This document shows positions 13,701-27,860 of a stretch of 43,561 bases of DNA, piece by piece. The stretch is taken from assembly GCA_002189035.1 (NCBI GenBank), contig NEEC01000038.1, positions 1 to 43,561 of the forward strand, read 5' to 3'. A program made the position numbers and the translations under genes. The first letter of the stretch is position 1. Every line of letters begins with the position of its first letter. The notes beneath the pieces are model-generated. The model saw only the letters and a list, made by a program, of their open reading frames with translations, was not told where the DNA came from and did not search any database. The DNA comes from Utricularia gibba. Lineage: Eukaryota; Plantae; Magnoliophyta.

Positions 13701-16700
13701 AGCGGTTCCTTGAAAAACCATGTAGGCAGCCCCCGAAAACCGAACGATAATAAATACATCACTTTATTTGTCGGGCTACAACTAACTCTCGCGCAAGCCA
13801 AACCTTACCTTTGGTTCCTGCACCCCAAGACCGCCTCCTCAAGTATAAAGTAAGTTGTTGAAAAAATCATGTGGGGTGCACACGCAGCAATTTTTTTTAA
13901 TCGATTTGCATCCGGTTGACCTCATGAGCCATACAGAATCGGGGTCAAGGACCAAGTTCCCAGCGAGACTGGCCGCCACAAAACGAGAAGCGGTTCCTTG
14001 AAAAACCATGTAGGCAGCCCCCGAAAACCGAACGATAATAAATACATCACTTATATTTGTCAACTCCTCAACTCTCATCATCGATTTGCGCAAGGAATCC
14101 AAGTTACCTTTGAAAAACCATGTAGGCAGCCCCCGAAAACCGAACGATAATCATCACTTTATTTGTCGGGCTACAACTAACTCTCAAGCCAAACCTTACC
14201 TTTGTCCGTTCAGACCGACCTCTCAAGTCAACCGCAAGCATCCCATTGAAAATATCATGTTGAAAAACCACGTCATCACTTTATTTGCCGGGCTACAACT
14301 AACTCTCGCGCAAGCCAAACCTTACCTTTGTCAATGTATAAAGTCATCAATTCGCAATTTAAACAAATGCATCATTTTTTTTAATCGATTTGCATCCGGT
14401 TGACCTCATGAGCCATACAGAATCGGGGTCAAGGACCAAGTTCCCAGCGAGACTGGCCGCCACAAAACGAGAAGCGGTTCCTTGAAAAACCATGTAGGCA
14501 GCCCCCGAAAACCGAACGATAAAAATACATCACTTTATTTGGGCTACAACTAACTCTCGGCGCAAGCCAAACCTTACATTCCTCAAGCATGTGGGGTGCA
14601 GGCAATTTAAACAAATGCATCATTTTTTTAATCGATTTGCATCCGGTTGACCTCATGAGCCATACAGAATCGGGGTCAAGGACCAAGTTCCCAGCGAGAC
14701 TGGCCGCCACAAAACGAGAAGCGGTTCCTTGAAAAACCATGTAGGCAGCCCCCGAAAACCGAACGATAATAAATACATCACTTTATTTGTCGGGCTACAA
14801 CTAACTCTCGCGCAAGCCAAACCTTACCTTTGTCCGTTCAGTGCACCCAAGACCGCCTCCTCAAGTATAAAGTAAGTTGTTGAAAAAATCATGTGGGGTG
14901 CACGTGATATCGCAATTTAAACAAATGCATCATTTTTTTTAATCGATTTGCATCCGGTTGACCTCATGAGCCATACAGAATCGGGGTCAAGGACCAAGTT
15001 CCCAGCGAGACTGGCCGCCACAAAACGAGAAGCGGTTCCTTGAAAAACCATGTAGGCAGCCCCCGAAAACCGAACGATAATAAATACATCACTTTATTTG
15101 TGTACAACTAACATGTGGGGTGCACGTGATATCGCAATTTAAACAAATGCATCATTTTTTTAATCGATTTGCATCCGGTTGACCTCATGAGCCATACAGA
15201 ATCGGGGTCAAGGACCAAGTTCCCAGCGAGACTGTTCCTTGTGTTGTGGTTAAGACCGCCTCCTCAAGTATAAAGTAAGTTGTTGAAAAAATCATGTGGG
15301 GTGCACCCGCGCAACCTCATGAGCCATACAGAATCAATGCATATTTTTTTCGACAACTAACTCTCGCGCAAGCCAAACCTTACCTTTGGTTGGTGCACCT
15401 CCTCAAGTATAAAGTAAGTTGTTGAAAAAATCATGTGGGGTGCACGTCGCAATTTAAACAAATGCATCATTTTTTTTAATCGATTTGCATCCGGTTGACC
15501 TCATGAGCCATACAGAATCGGGGTCAAGGACCAAGTTCCCAGCGAGACTGGCCGCCACAAAACGAGAAGCGGTTCCTTGAAAAACCATGTAGGCAGCCCC
15601 GAAAACCGAACGATAATAAATACATCACTTTATTTGTCGGGCTACAACTAACTCTCGGCAAGCCAAACCTTACCTTTGTCCCGTTCCAGCTGCACCCCAA
15701 GACCGCCTCCTCAAGTATAAAGTAAGTTGTTGAAAAAATCATGTGGGGTGCACGTGATATCGCAATTTAAACAAATGCATCATTTTTTTTAATCGATTTG
15801 CATCCGGTTGACCTCATGAGCCATACAGAATCGGGGTCAAGGACCAAGTTCCCAGCGAGACTGGCCGCCACAAAACGAGAAGCGGTTCCTTGAAAAACCA
15901 TGTAGGCAGCCCCGAAAACCGAACGATAATAAATACATCACTTTATTTGTCGGGCTACAACTAACTCTCGGCGCAAGCCAAACCTTACCTTTGTCCCGTT
16001 CCAGCTGCACCCAAGACGCCTCCTCAAGTATAAAGTAAGTTGTTGAAAAAATCATGTGGGGTGCACATGATATCGCAATTTAAACAAATGCATCATTTTT
16101 TTTAATCGATTTGCATCCGGTTGACCTCATGAGCCATACAGAATCGGGGTCAAGGACCAAGTTCCCAGCGAGACTGGCCGCCACAAAACGAGAAGCGGTT
16201 CCTTGAAAAACCATGTAGGCAGCCCCGAAAACCGAACGATAAAAATACATCACTTTATTTGTGGGCTTAACTCTCGGCGCAAGCCAAACCTTACCTTTGT
16301 CCCGTTCACACCCAAGACCGCCTCCTCAAGTATAAAGTAAGTTGTTGAAAAAATCATGTGGGGTGCAATATCGCAATTTAAACAAATGCATCATTTTTTT
16401 AATCGATTTGCATCCGGTTGACCTCATGAGCCATACAGAATCGGGGTCAAGTTCCCAGCGAGACTGGCCGCCACAAACGAGAAGCGGTTCCTTGAAAAAC
16501 CATGTAGTAGAGTTACAGACTAACATGTGGGGTGCACGGCGCAATCGCAAATGCCATTAAGTTCCCAGCGAGACTGGCGCCACAAAACGAGAAGCGGTTC
16601 CTTGAAAAACCATGTAGGCAGCCCCGAAAACCGAACCATCACTTTATTTGCGGGCGGTTAATAAGTATACATCACCGCAATTTGCATCCGGGTTGACCTC

Positions 16701-19700
16701 ATGAGCCATACAGAATAAGTTCCCAGCGAGACTGTTCCTTGAAGTTGTCGGGGTTACAGTGCACCCAAGACCGCCTCCTCAAGTATAAAGTAAGTTGTTG
16801 AAAAAATCATGTGGGGTGCACGTGATATCGCAATTTAAACAAATGCATCATTTTTTTTAATCGATTTGCATCCGGTTGACCTCATGAGCCATACAGAATC
16901 GGGGTCAAGGACCAAGTTCCCAGCGAGACTGGCCGCCACAAAACGAGAAGCGGTTCCTTGAAAAACCATGTAGGCAGCCCCCGAAAACCGAACGATGACG
17001 CCATGATTGTCCTTGAAAAACCATGGGGCGCCCCGAAACCACTTAATAAATACATCACTTTATTTGTGTTACCAACTCCTCAACCTCGGCGCAATTTATT
17101 TTTTTTTTGTTGTGCAAGCCAAACCTTAAGACCTCCTCAATATAAAGCATCATCGATTTGGGTTGACCTCAAGGAATCCAAGTTCCCAGCGAGACTGGCC
17201 GCCACAAAACGAGAAGCGGTTCCTTGAAAAACCATGTAGGCAGCCCCGAAAACCGCGATTTACATCACTGTCGGGCTACAACTAACTCTCGGCGCAAGCC
17301 AGAATCCTTCCCAGCGAGACTGGCCGCCACAAAACGAGAAGCGGTTCCTTGAAAAACCATGTAGGCAGCCCCGAAAACCGAACGATAATCATCACTTTAT
17401 TTGTTGCTAAGACCGCCTCCCAAGTATAAAGTAAGCCAAAAAAATGTTGTCATGACGTGATATCGCATGTGGGGTGCATTTAATTTACAAATGCATCATT
17501 TTTTTCGATTTGCATCCGGTTGACCTCATGAGCCATACAGAATCGGGGTCAAGGACCAAGTTCCCAGCGAGACTGGCCGCCACAAAACGAGAAGCGGTTC
17601 CTTGAAAAACCATGTAGGCAGCCCCGAAAACCGAACGATAATACGAGCATTACAGAATCGTCAAGGACCAAGCGCAAGAGCGAGACTGCGAGACTGGCCG
17701 CCACAAAACGAGAAGCGGTTCCTTGAAAAACCATGTAGGCAGCCCCCCGAACGATGTGTTAATTACATGTGGGGTGCACGTGATATCGCAATTTAAACAA
17801 ATGCATCGATTTGCATCCGGTTGACCTCATGAGCCATACAGAATCGGGGTCAAGGTTCTTTGTGCAAAAATTACATCAGTCGGGCTACGTTACCAGCTGC
17901 ACCCCAAGACCGCCTCCTCAAGTATAAAGTAAGTTGTTGAAAAAATCATGATGCAATTTAAACAAATGCATCATTTTTTTTAATCGATTTGCATCCGGTT
18001 GACCTCATGAGCCATACAGAATCGGGGTCAAGGACCAAGTTCCCAGCGAGACTTTCCTTGAAAAACCATGTAGGCATGTCACAACTAACTCTCGGCGCAA
18101 GCCAAACCTTACCTTTGTCCCGTTCCATCGCATCTCGGCATCATGAGCCATCACAGAATCGGGGTCAAGGACCAAGTTCCCAGCGAGACTGGCCGCCACA
18201 AAACGAGAAGCGGTTCCTTGAAAAACCATGTAGGCAGCCCCGAAAACCGAACGATAATAAATACATCACTTTATTTGTACAACTAACTCTCGGCGCCAAG
18301 ATGCCTTTGCATCCGATTTGCATCCGGTTGACCTCATGAGCCATACAGAATCGGGGTCAAGGACCAAGTTCCCAGCGAGACTTGTGTTCATGTGGGGTTA
18401 CACTAACATGTGGGGTGCACGTGATATCGCAATTTAAACAAATGCATCATTTTTTTTAATTGATTTGCATCCGGTTGACCTCATGTAAGCATGTGGGGTG
18501 CATACAGCATCATCGGGGTTGACCTCATGAGGACCAAGTTCCCAGCGAGACTGGCCGCCACAAAACGAGAAGCGGTTCCTTGAAAAACCATGTAGGCAGC
18601 CCCCGAAAACCGAACGATAATAAATACATCACTTTATTTTGGGCTTACAACTCCTCAACATCTCGCGCATCAGCCAATCCTTACCTTTGTCCCCATGTTA
18701 CATCACTTTATTTGAGGTTACAGGTCCTCAAGTATAAAGTAAGTTGTTGAAAAAATCATGTGGGGTGCACGTGATATCGCAATTTAAACAAATGCATCAT
18801 TTTTTTAATCGATTTGCATCCGGTTGACCTCATGAGCCATACAGAATCGGGTCAAGGACCAAGTTCCCAGCGAGACTGGCCGCCACAAAACGAGAAGCGG
18901 TTCCTTGAAAAACCATGTAGGCAGCCCCCGAAAACCGAACGATAATAAATACATCACTTTATTTGCTGCGCATTACCTTTGTCCCGTTCCAACCTCCTCA
19001 AGTATAAAGTCATCATCGGCATCATTTTTTTTAATCGCAAGCCATACAGAATCGGGGTCCAAGTTTAGCAGAAATCCTCAAGCATGACCGCAAGGGCGAG
19101 TACCATGTAGAGAAGCGGTTCCTTGAAAAACCATGTAGGCAGCCCCCGAAAACCGAACGATAATAAATACATCACTTTATTTGTGGGTTTAACTACATCT
19201 CGGCGCAAGAGCCAACAGAATCGGGGTCAAGGACCAAGTTCCCAGCGAGACTGGCCGCCACAAAACGAGAAGCGGTTCCTTGAAAAACCATGTAGGCAGC
19301 CCCGTTCATCACTTTATTTGCTGCACCCAAGACCGACCGCCTCCTCAAGTATAAAGTCAAGATTTGCATTGAATGAAACAGAATCGGGGTCAAGGACCAA
19401 GTTCCCAGTGGGGTGCACATGACAACTAACTCTCGGCGCAAGCCAAACCTTACCTAAAAGACAAATGCATCATTTTTTTTAAATCGATTTGCATCCGGTT
19501 GACCTCATGAGCCATACAGAATCGGGGTCAAGGACCAAGTTCCCAGCGAGACTGGCCGCCACAAAACGAGAAGCGGTTCCTTGAAAAACCATGTAGGCAG
19601 CCCCGAAAACCGAACGATAATAAATACATCACTTTATTTGTGGCATAAATCCTCAAGTATAAAGTAAGTTGTTGAAAAAATCATGCACCGGCGCAACCTC

Positions 19701-22700
19701 ACGAATAAGGACCAAGTTCCCAGCGAGACTGGCCGCCACAAAACGAGAAGCGGTTCCTTGTTGTGGGGCACCCCCTCGCGAAAGTATTGCTTGTGTTGTG
19801 TGATAACATGCAATTTAAACAAATGCATCATTTTTTTTAATCGCAACCTCATGAGCCATACAGAATCGGGGTCAAGGACCAAGTTCCCAGCGAGACTGGC
19901 CGCCACAAAACGAGAAGCGGTTCCTTGAAAAACCATGTAGGCATGAGCGCATTACAGATACATCAATTTAAACAAATGCATCATTTTTTTTAATCGATTT
20001 GCATCCGGTTGACCTCATGAGCCATACAGAATCGGGTCAAGGACTTCTGGCCGCCACAAAACGAGAAGCGGTTCCTTGAAAAACCATGTAGGCAGCCCCC
20101 GAAAACCGAACGATAATAAATACATCACTTTATTTGTGCCACAAAAGCAACCGCGGATTTGCCTTGACCTCAAGCCATACAGAATAAGGACCAAGTTCCT
20201 TGTGTATGTGTTAACTCCTCAAGTATAAAGTAAGTTGTTGAAAAAATCATGTGGGGTGCACGTGATATCGCAATTTAAACAAATGCATCATTTTTTTTAA
20301 TCGATTTGCATCCGGTTGACCTCATGAGCCATACAGAATCGGGGTCAAGGACCAAGCGAGACTTTCCTTGAAAAACCATGTAGGCAGCCGAGAACGATGG
20401 CCGCCACCAAAACGAGAAAGCGGTTCCTTAAAAAACCATGTAGGTTGAGCCCCGAAGGACCAAGTTCCCAGCGAGACTGATAATAAATACATCACTTTAT
20501 TTGACGGGCTTACAACTAACATCACCGGCGCAAGCCGGTTTTTGTGTTACAGTGTAAGACCGCCTCCTCCCACGCGCAGTGCATCATTGAATCGATCATC
20601 CGGTTGACCTCATGAGCCATACAGAATCGGGGTCAAGGACCAAGTTCCCAGCGAGACTGGCCGCCACAAAACGAGAAGCGGTTCCTTGAAAAACCATGTA
20701 GGCAGCCCCGAAAACCGAACGATACATCACTTTATTTGACAACTAACTCTCGATTACCTATTCACATCACGTACAGCGGGCAAGGACCAAGTTCCCAGCG
20801 AGACTTTCCTTGAAAAACCTGTAGTGAACCTCCTCAAGTATAAAGTAAGTTGTTGAAAAAATCATGATAATAAATACATCGCAATTTATCAAATGCAACT
20901 TTTTTTTGATAATTGTCCCGTTCCACCTCGCCATACAGAATCGGGGTCAAGGACCAAGTTCCCAGCGAGAACAAAACGAGAAGCGGTTCCTTGAAAAACC
21001 ATGTAGGCAGCCCCGAAAACCGAACGATAATAAATACATCACTTTATTTGTACGTACAACTAACCTCGGCATGATTTGCATCCGGTTGCCCCCCGAGAAT
21101 TGGTTGACGTTTATTACCACGCGGGCAAGCGCCAATTCCTTGAAAAACCATGTAGGCAGCCCCCGAAAACCGAACGATAATAAATACATCACTTTATTTG
21201 TGCGCTTACAGACTCCTCAAGTATAAAGTAAGTTGTTGAAAAAATCATGTGCTCGGCAGCAAGCCAGAATCCTTTTTCCTTGAAAAACCATGTAGGCATG
21301 ACGCATTAAGACCTACCTCAGCGCAACACCGACAAGTTCCCAGCGAGACTGGCCGCCACAAAACGAGAAGCGGTTCCTTGAAAAACCATGTAGTACGAAG
21401 TTTATTACATCACGCGGGGGCAAGGACCAAGTTCTTTCCTTGAAAAACCTGTAGGCAGCCCCGAGAAACCGAACAAGTATAAAGTCATCGTTGTTGAATT
21501 GTCGGGCTGTGGTCACGTGAAACCTCTAATTTAAAAGACAAGTATAAAGCATCATTTTTTTTCCGATTTGCATCCGGTTGACCTCATGAGCCATACAGAA
21601 TCGGGGTCAAGGACCAAGTTCCCAGCGAGACTGGCCGCCACAAAACGAGAAGCGGTTCCTTGAAAAACCATGTAGGCAGCCCCGAAAACCGATAATAAAT
21701 ACATCACTTTATTTGTGGGCTACAATGCATCTCGGCATCATGCAAGCCAGAATCATTCCCAGCGAGACTTTCCTTGTGTTGAGTTACAGAAAGACCGCCT
21801 CCTCAAGTATAAAGTAAGTTGTTGAAAAAATCATGTGGGGTGCACGTGATATCGCAATTTAAACAAATGCATCATTTTTTTTAATCGATTTGCATCCGGT
21901 TGACCTCATGAGCCATACAGAATCGGGGTCAAGGACCAAGTTCCCAGCGAGACTGGCCGCCACAAAACGAGAAGCGGTTCCTTGAAAAACCATGTAGGCA
22001 GCCCCGAAAACCGAACGATAATAAATACATCACTTTATTTGTGGCGCTTACAACTCCTCAACATCTCGGCGCAACCTCAAGGAATAAGGAGTTTCCTTTG
22101 TATGTGTTAACTCCTCAAGTATAAAGTAAGTTGTTGAAAAAATCATGTGGGGTGCACGTGATATCGCAATTTAAACAAATGCATCATTTTTTTTAATCGA
22201 TTTGCATCCGGTTGACCTCATGAGCCATACAGAATCGGGGTCAAGGACCAAGTTCCCAGCGAGACTGGCCGCCACAAAACGAGAAGCGGTTCCTTGAAAA
22301 ACCATGTAGGCAAAAACCGATGTAGGCAGCCAAACCGAAAAGACCGTATACATGACGTGAATCGCAAAAACAAATGCATCATCGATTTGCATCCGGTTGA
22401 TCATGAGCCATACAGAATCGGGGTCTTCCCAGCGAGACTTAAAAACCATGTAGGCAGCAAAACCGAACCATCACTTTATTTGTCGGGCTACAACTAACTC
22501 TCGCGCAAGCCAAACCTTACCTTTGTCCCGTTCCAGTGCACCCAAGACCGCCTCCTCAAGTATAAAGTAAGTTGTTGAAAAAATCATGTGGGGTGCACCG
22601 CAATTTAAACAAATGCATCATTTTTTTTAATCGATTTGCATCCGGTTGACCTCATGAGCCATACAGAATCGGGGTCAAGGACCAAGTTCCCAGCGAGACT

Positions 22701-24300
22701 GGCCGCCACAATAGCGTTCCTTGAAAAACCATGTCATGCCCCGCAAAACCGATAATAAATACATCACTTTATTTGACGTTACAGCCACTAACATCTCGGG
22801 CAAAATTTGCGAGACTTTCCTTGAAAAACCATCATTGACGATTAATATCCTCACATCTCAATTTGCATCATTTTTTTTAATCGATTTGCATCCGGTTGAC
22901 CTCATGAGCCATACAGAATCGGGGTCAAGGACCAAGTTCCCAGCGAGACTGGCCGCCACAAAACGAGAAGCGGTTCCTTGAAAAACCATGTAGGCAGCCC
23001 CCGAAAACCGAACGATAATAAATACATCACTTTATTTGCACGTTACCAGTGCACCCCAAGACCGCCTCCTCAAGTATAAAGTAAGTTGTTCATCACCGCA
23101 ATTTAAACAAATGCATCATTTTTTTTAATCGATTTGCATCCGGTTGACCTCATGAGCCATACAGAATCGGGGTCATTTTTCCCCATGTTGGGGGCGCAAG
23201 CCAAACCTTAAGATCCTCAAGTATAAAGTAAGTTGTTGAAAAAATCATCACCGAAAAACCATCATGATATCCGGTTGACCTCATGAGCCATACAGAATCG
23301 GGGTTCCCAAGACTTTCCTTGAAAAACCATGTTACATCACTTTATTTGGGGGGCGCAAGCCAAACCTTACCTTTGACTGTATCCTCGCAAAAACAAATGC
23401 ATGATTTGCATCCGGTTGACCTCATGAGCCATACAGAATCGGGGTCAAGGACCAAGTTCCCAGCGAGACTTTCCTTGAAAAACCATGTTACATCACTTTA
23501 TTTGCTGGGCAAGCCAAACCTTACAACTCCTCAAGTATAAAGTAAGTTGTTGTCATGACCGCAAAAACAAATGCATCATTTTTTTTAATCGATTTGCATC
23601 CGGTTGACCTCATGAGCCATACAGAATCGGGGTCAAGGACCAAGTTCCCAGCGAGACTGGCCGCCACAAAACGAGAAGCGGTTCCTTGAAAAACCATGTA
23701 GGCAGCCCCGAAAACCGAACGATAATAAATACATCACTTTATTTGTCGGGCTACAACTAACAAGCCAAACCTTACCTTTGTCAGTGCACCCAAGTCCTCA
23801 AGTATAAAGTAAGTTGTTGAAAAAATCATGTGGGGTGCACGTGATATCGCAATTTAAACAAATGCATCATTTTTTTTAATCGATTTGCATCCGGTTGACC
23901 TCATGAGCCATACAGAATCGGGGTCAAGGACCAAGTTCCCAGCGAGACTGGCCGCCACAAAACGAGAAGCGGTTCCTTGAAAAACCATGTAGGCAGCCCC
24001 GAAAACCGAACGATAATAAATACATCACTTTATTTGCCGGGCTACAACTAACTCTCGCGCAAGCCAAACCTTACCTTTGTCCCGTTCCAGCAAATCCTCA
24101 CATCACCCAAGTCGGGCCTCACGAATAACTCTCGCCACAAAACGAGAAGCGGTTCCTTGAAAAACCATGTAGGCAGCCCCGAAAACCGAACGATAATAAA
24201 TACATCACTTTATTTGTGTTACCTTTGTCCCGTTCCACACCCAAGACCGCCTCCTCAAGTATAAAGTAAGTTGTTGAAAAAATCATGTGGGGTGCACGTG
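7800..24300. other. Longest degraded stretch: truncated and garbled units interleaved with a few intact ones; probably low-quality read sequence
   Basis: For example 9420-9670, 10750-10920, 12000-12460, 14040-14340 and 16500-23600 consist of same-strand unit fragments in roughly colinear order with large deletions. Intact copies persist at about 15480-16380. Confidence 0.7.
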
Positions 24301-27300
24301 ATATCGCAATTTAAACAAATGCATCATTTTTTTTAATCGATTTGCATCCGGTTGACCTCATGAGCCATACAGAATCGGGTCAAGGACCAAGTTCCCAGCG
24401 AGACTGGCCGCCACAAAACGAGAAGCGGTTCCTTGAAAAACCATGTAGGCAGCCCCCGAAAACCGAACGATAATAAATACATCACTTTATTTGTCGGGCT
24501 ACAACTAACTCTCGGCGCAAGCCAAACCTTACCTTTGTCCCGTTCCATCCTCAAGTATAAAGTAAGTTGTTGAAAAAATCATGTGGGGTGCACGTGATAT
24601 CGCAATTTAAACAAATGCATCATTTTTTTTAATCGATTTGCATCCGGTTGACCTCATGAGCCATACAGAATCGGGTCAAGGACCAAGTTCCCAGCGAGAC
24701 TGGCCGCCACAAAACGAGAAGCGGTTCCTTGAAAAACCATGTAGGCAGCCCCCGAAAACCGAACGATAATAAATACATCACTTTATTTGTCGGGCTACAA
24801 CTAACTCTCGCGCAAGCCAAACCTTACCTTTGTCCCGTTCAGTGCACCCAAGACCGCCTCCTCAAGTATAAAGTAAGTTGTTGAAAAAATCATGTGGGGT
24901 GCACGTGATATCGCAATTTAAACAAATGCATCATTTTTTTTAATCGATTTGCATCCGGTTGACCTCATGAGCCATACAGAATCGGGGTCAAGGACCAAGT
25001 TCCCAGCGAGACTGGCCGCCACAAAACGAGAAGCGGTTCCTTGAAAAACCATGTAGGCAGCCCCGAAAACCGAACGATAATAAATACATCACTTTATTTG
25101 GGGCTACAACTAACTCTCGGCGCAAGCCAAACCTTACCTTTGTCCCGTTCAGACCCCAAGACCGCCTCCTCAAGTATAAAGTAAGTTGTTGAAAAAATCA
25201 TGTGGGGTGCACGTGATATCGCAATTTAAACAAATGCATCATTTTTTTTAATCGATTTGCATCCGGTTGACCTCATGAGCCATACAGAATCGGGGTCAAG
25301 GACCAAGTTCCCAGCGAGACTGGCCGCCACAAAACGAGAAGCGGTTCCTTGAAAAACCATGTAGGCAGCCCCCGAAAACCGAACGATAATAAATACATCA
25401 CTTTATTTGTCGGGCTACAACTAACTCTCGGCGCAAGCCAAACCTTACCTTTGTCCCGTTCCAGTGCACCCAAGACCGCCTCCTCAAGTATAAAGTAAGT
25501 TGTTGAAAAAATCATGTGGGGTGCACGTGATATCGCAATTTAAACAAATGCATCATTTTTTTTAATCGATTTGCATCCGGTTGACCTCATGAGCCATACA
25601 GAATCGGGGTCAAGGACCAAGTTCCCAGCGAGACTGGCCGCCACAAAACGAGAAGCGGTTCCTTGAAAAACCATGTAGGCAGCCCCCGAAAACCGAACGA
25701 TAATAAATACATCACTTTATTTGGGCTACGTTACACACCCCAAGACCGCCTCCTCAAGTATAAAGTAAGTTGTTGAAAAAAATCATGCAATATTTTAAAC
25801 AAATGCATCATTTTTTTTAATCGATTTGCATCCGGTTGACCTCATGAGCCATACAGAATCGGGGTCAAGGACCAAGTTCCCAGCGAGACTGGCCGCCACA
25901 AAACGAGAAGCGGTTCCTTGAAAAACCATGTAGGCAGCCCCCGAAAACCGAACGATAATAAATACATCACTTTATTTGTCGGGCTACAACTAACTCTCGC
26001 GCAAGCCAAACCTTACCTTTGTCCCGTTCCAAAAGACCGCCTCCTCAAGTATAAAGTAAGTTGTTGAAAAAATCCTCGGCGCAACCTCACCATACCAAGG
26101 ACCAAGTTCCTGGCCGCCACAAAACGAGAAGCGGTTCCTTGAAAAACCATGTATAATAGTGTTAAGAAAAAAGTCATGTGGGGTGCACGTGATATCGCAA
26201 TTTAAACAAATGCATCATTTTTTTTAATCGATTTGCATCCGGTTGACCTCATGAGCCATACAGAATCGGGGTCAAGGACCAAGTTCCCAGCGAGACTGGC
26301 CGCCACAAAACGAGAAGCGGTTCCTTGAAAAACCATGTAGGCAGCCCCCGAAAACCGAACCATCACTTTATTTGACAACTAACGAACGAAATCCTCAAGT
26401 ATACATCACTTTAATTTAAACAAATGCATCATTTTTTTTAATCGATTTGCATCCGCCTCATGAGCATACAGAATCGGGGTCAACTTCTCCGCGCAAAAAC
26501 CATGTAGTTACCTTTGTCCGTTCAGCTGCATGTGGGGTGCACGTGATATCGCAATTTAAACAAATGCATCATTTTTTTTAATCGATTTGCATCCGGTTGA
26601 CCTCATGAGCCATACAGAATAAGTGTTGTTTCATGTGTTACACATGTATCCAATTTAAACAAATGCATCATTTTTTTTAATCGATTTGCATCCGGTTGAC
26701 CTCATGAGCCATACAGAATCGGGGTCAAGGACCAAGTTCCCAGCGAGACTGGCCGCCACAAAACGAGAAGCGGTTCCTTGAAAAACCATGTAGGCAGCCC
26801 CGAAAACCGAACGATAATAAATACATCACTTTATTTGTGGGGTTACAACTAACTCTCGGCGCAAGCCATTCCTTTTTGTTTGTGGGGTTAACATGTATAA
26901 AGTAAGTTGTTGAAAAATCATGTGGGGTGCACGTGATATCGCAATCAAACAAATGCATCATTTTTTTGGATTTGCATCCGGTTGACCTCATGAGCCATAC
27001 AGAATCGGGGTCAAGGACCAAGTTCCCAGCGAGACTGGCCGCCACAAAACGAGAAGCGGTTCCTTGAAAAACCATGTAGGCAGCCCCGAAAACCGAACGA
27101 TAATAAATACATCACTTTATTTGTCGGGCTACAACTAACTCTCGCGCAAGCCAAACCTTACCTTTGTCCCGTTCCAGTGCACCCCAAGACCGCCTCCTCA
27201 AGTATAAAGTAAGTTGTTGAAAAAATCATGTGGGGTGCACATGATATCGCAATTTAAACAAATGCATCATTTTTTTTAATCGCATCCCTCAAGTTAAAGT

Positions 27301-27796
27301 CTTTCCTTGAAAAACCATGTTTGGGGGTGACATCGTACAACGTTTACAAATGCATCGAGCAAGCGGTTCCTTTCCTTGAAAAACCATGTAGGCAGCCCCC
27401 GAAAACCGAACGATAATACATCACTTTATTTGTACGTTACCTATTCCTCAAGTCACACCAACCGGGGCGAGGCCAAATTGTCCGTGCGTTAACTCACATG
27501 TGGGGTGCACGTGATATCGCAATTTAAACAAATGCATCATTTTTTTTAATCGATTTGCATCCGGTTGACCTCATGAGCCATACAGAATCGGGGTCAAGGT
27601 TTCCTTGAAAAACCATGTAGGCAGCCCCCGAAAACCGAACGATGCACGCGCATTACAGAAGCGGTTCCTTGAAAAACCATGCATCGGCATGCCATACCCC
27701 AAAGTTAATAATAAGGGCGTTAAACTAACATCAGTTTGCGGCAAGAGCCGTTGTATGTTGTCCTACAACTAACTCTCGTTACCTTTGTCCCGTTCA

Positions 27797-27860
27797 GTGC
27801 ACCCCAAGACCGCCTCCTCAAGTATAAAGTAAGTTGTTGAAAAAATCATGTGGGGTGCAC
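27797..27860. repeat. 10-bp inverted repeat GTGCACCCCA / TGGGGTGCAC enclosing 44 nt; one per unit
   Basis: Left arm 27797-27806 and right arm 27851-27860 are exact reverse complements in this copy; the left arm reads CCC or CCCC depending on the copy. Confidence 0.85.

Noticed and set aside
27810-27845. Sequencing adapter (minus-strand TCAACAAC...GAGGAGG recalls the SMRTbell loop)
   Set aside because: The match is fragmentary, copies do not alternate strand as subreads would, and I recognised no ONT, Illumina or R2C2 adapter or primer in the unit.
27810-27860. Replication or transfer origins: AAGTATAAA (CRESS nonanucleotide-like), TTATACTTGAG (pC194/phiX-like nick), GTGGGGTG (F oriT-like)
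   Set aside because: Only partial matches of 7-8 nt, lacking the required adjacent stem geometry, and no Rep or relaxase is present.
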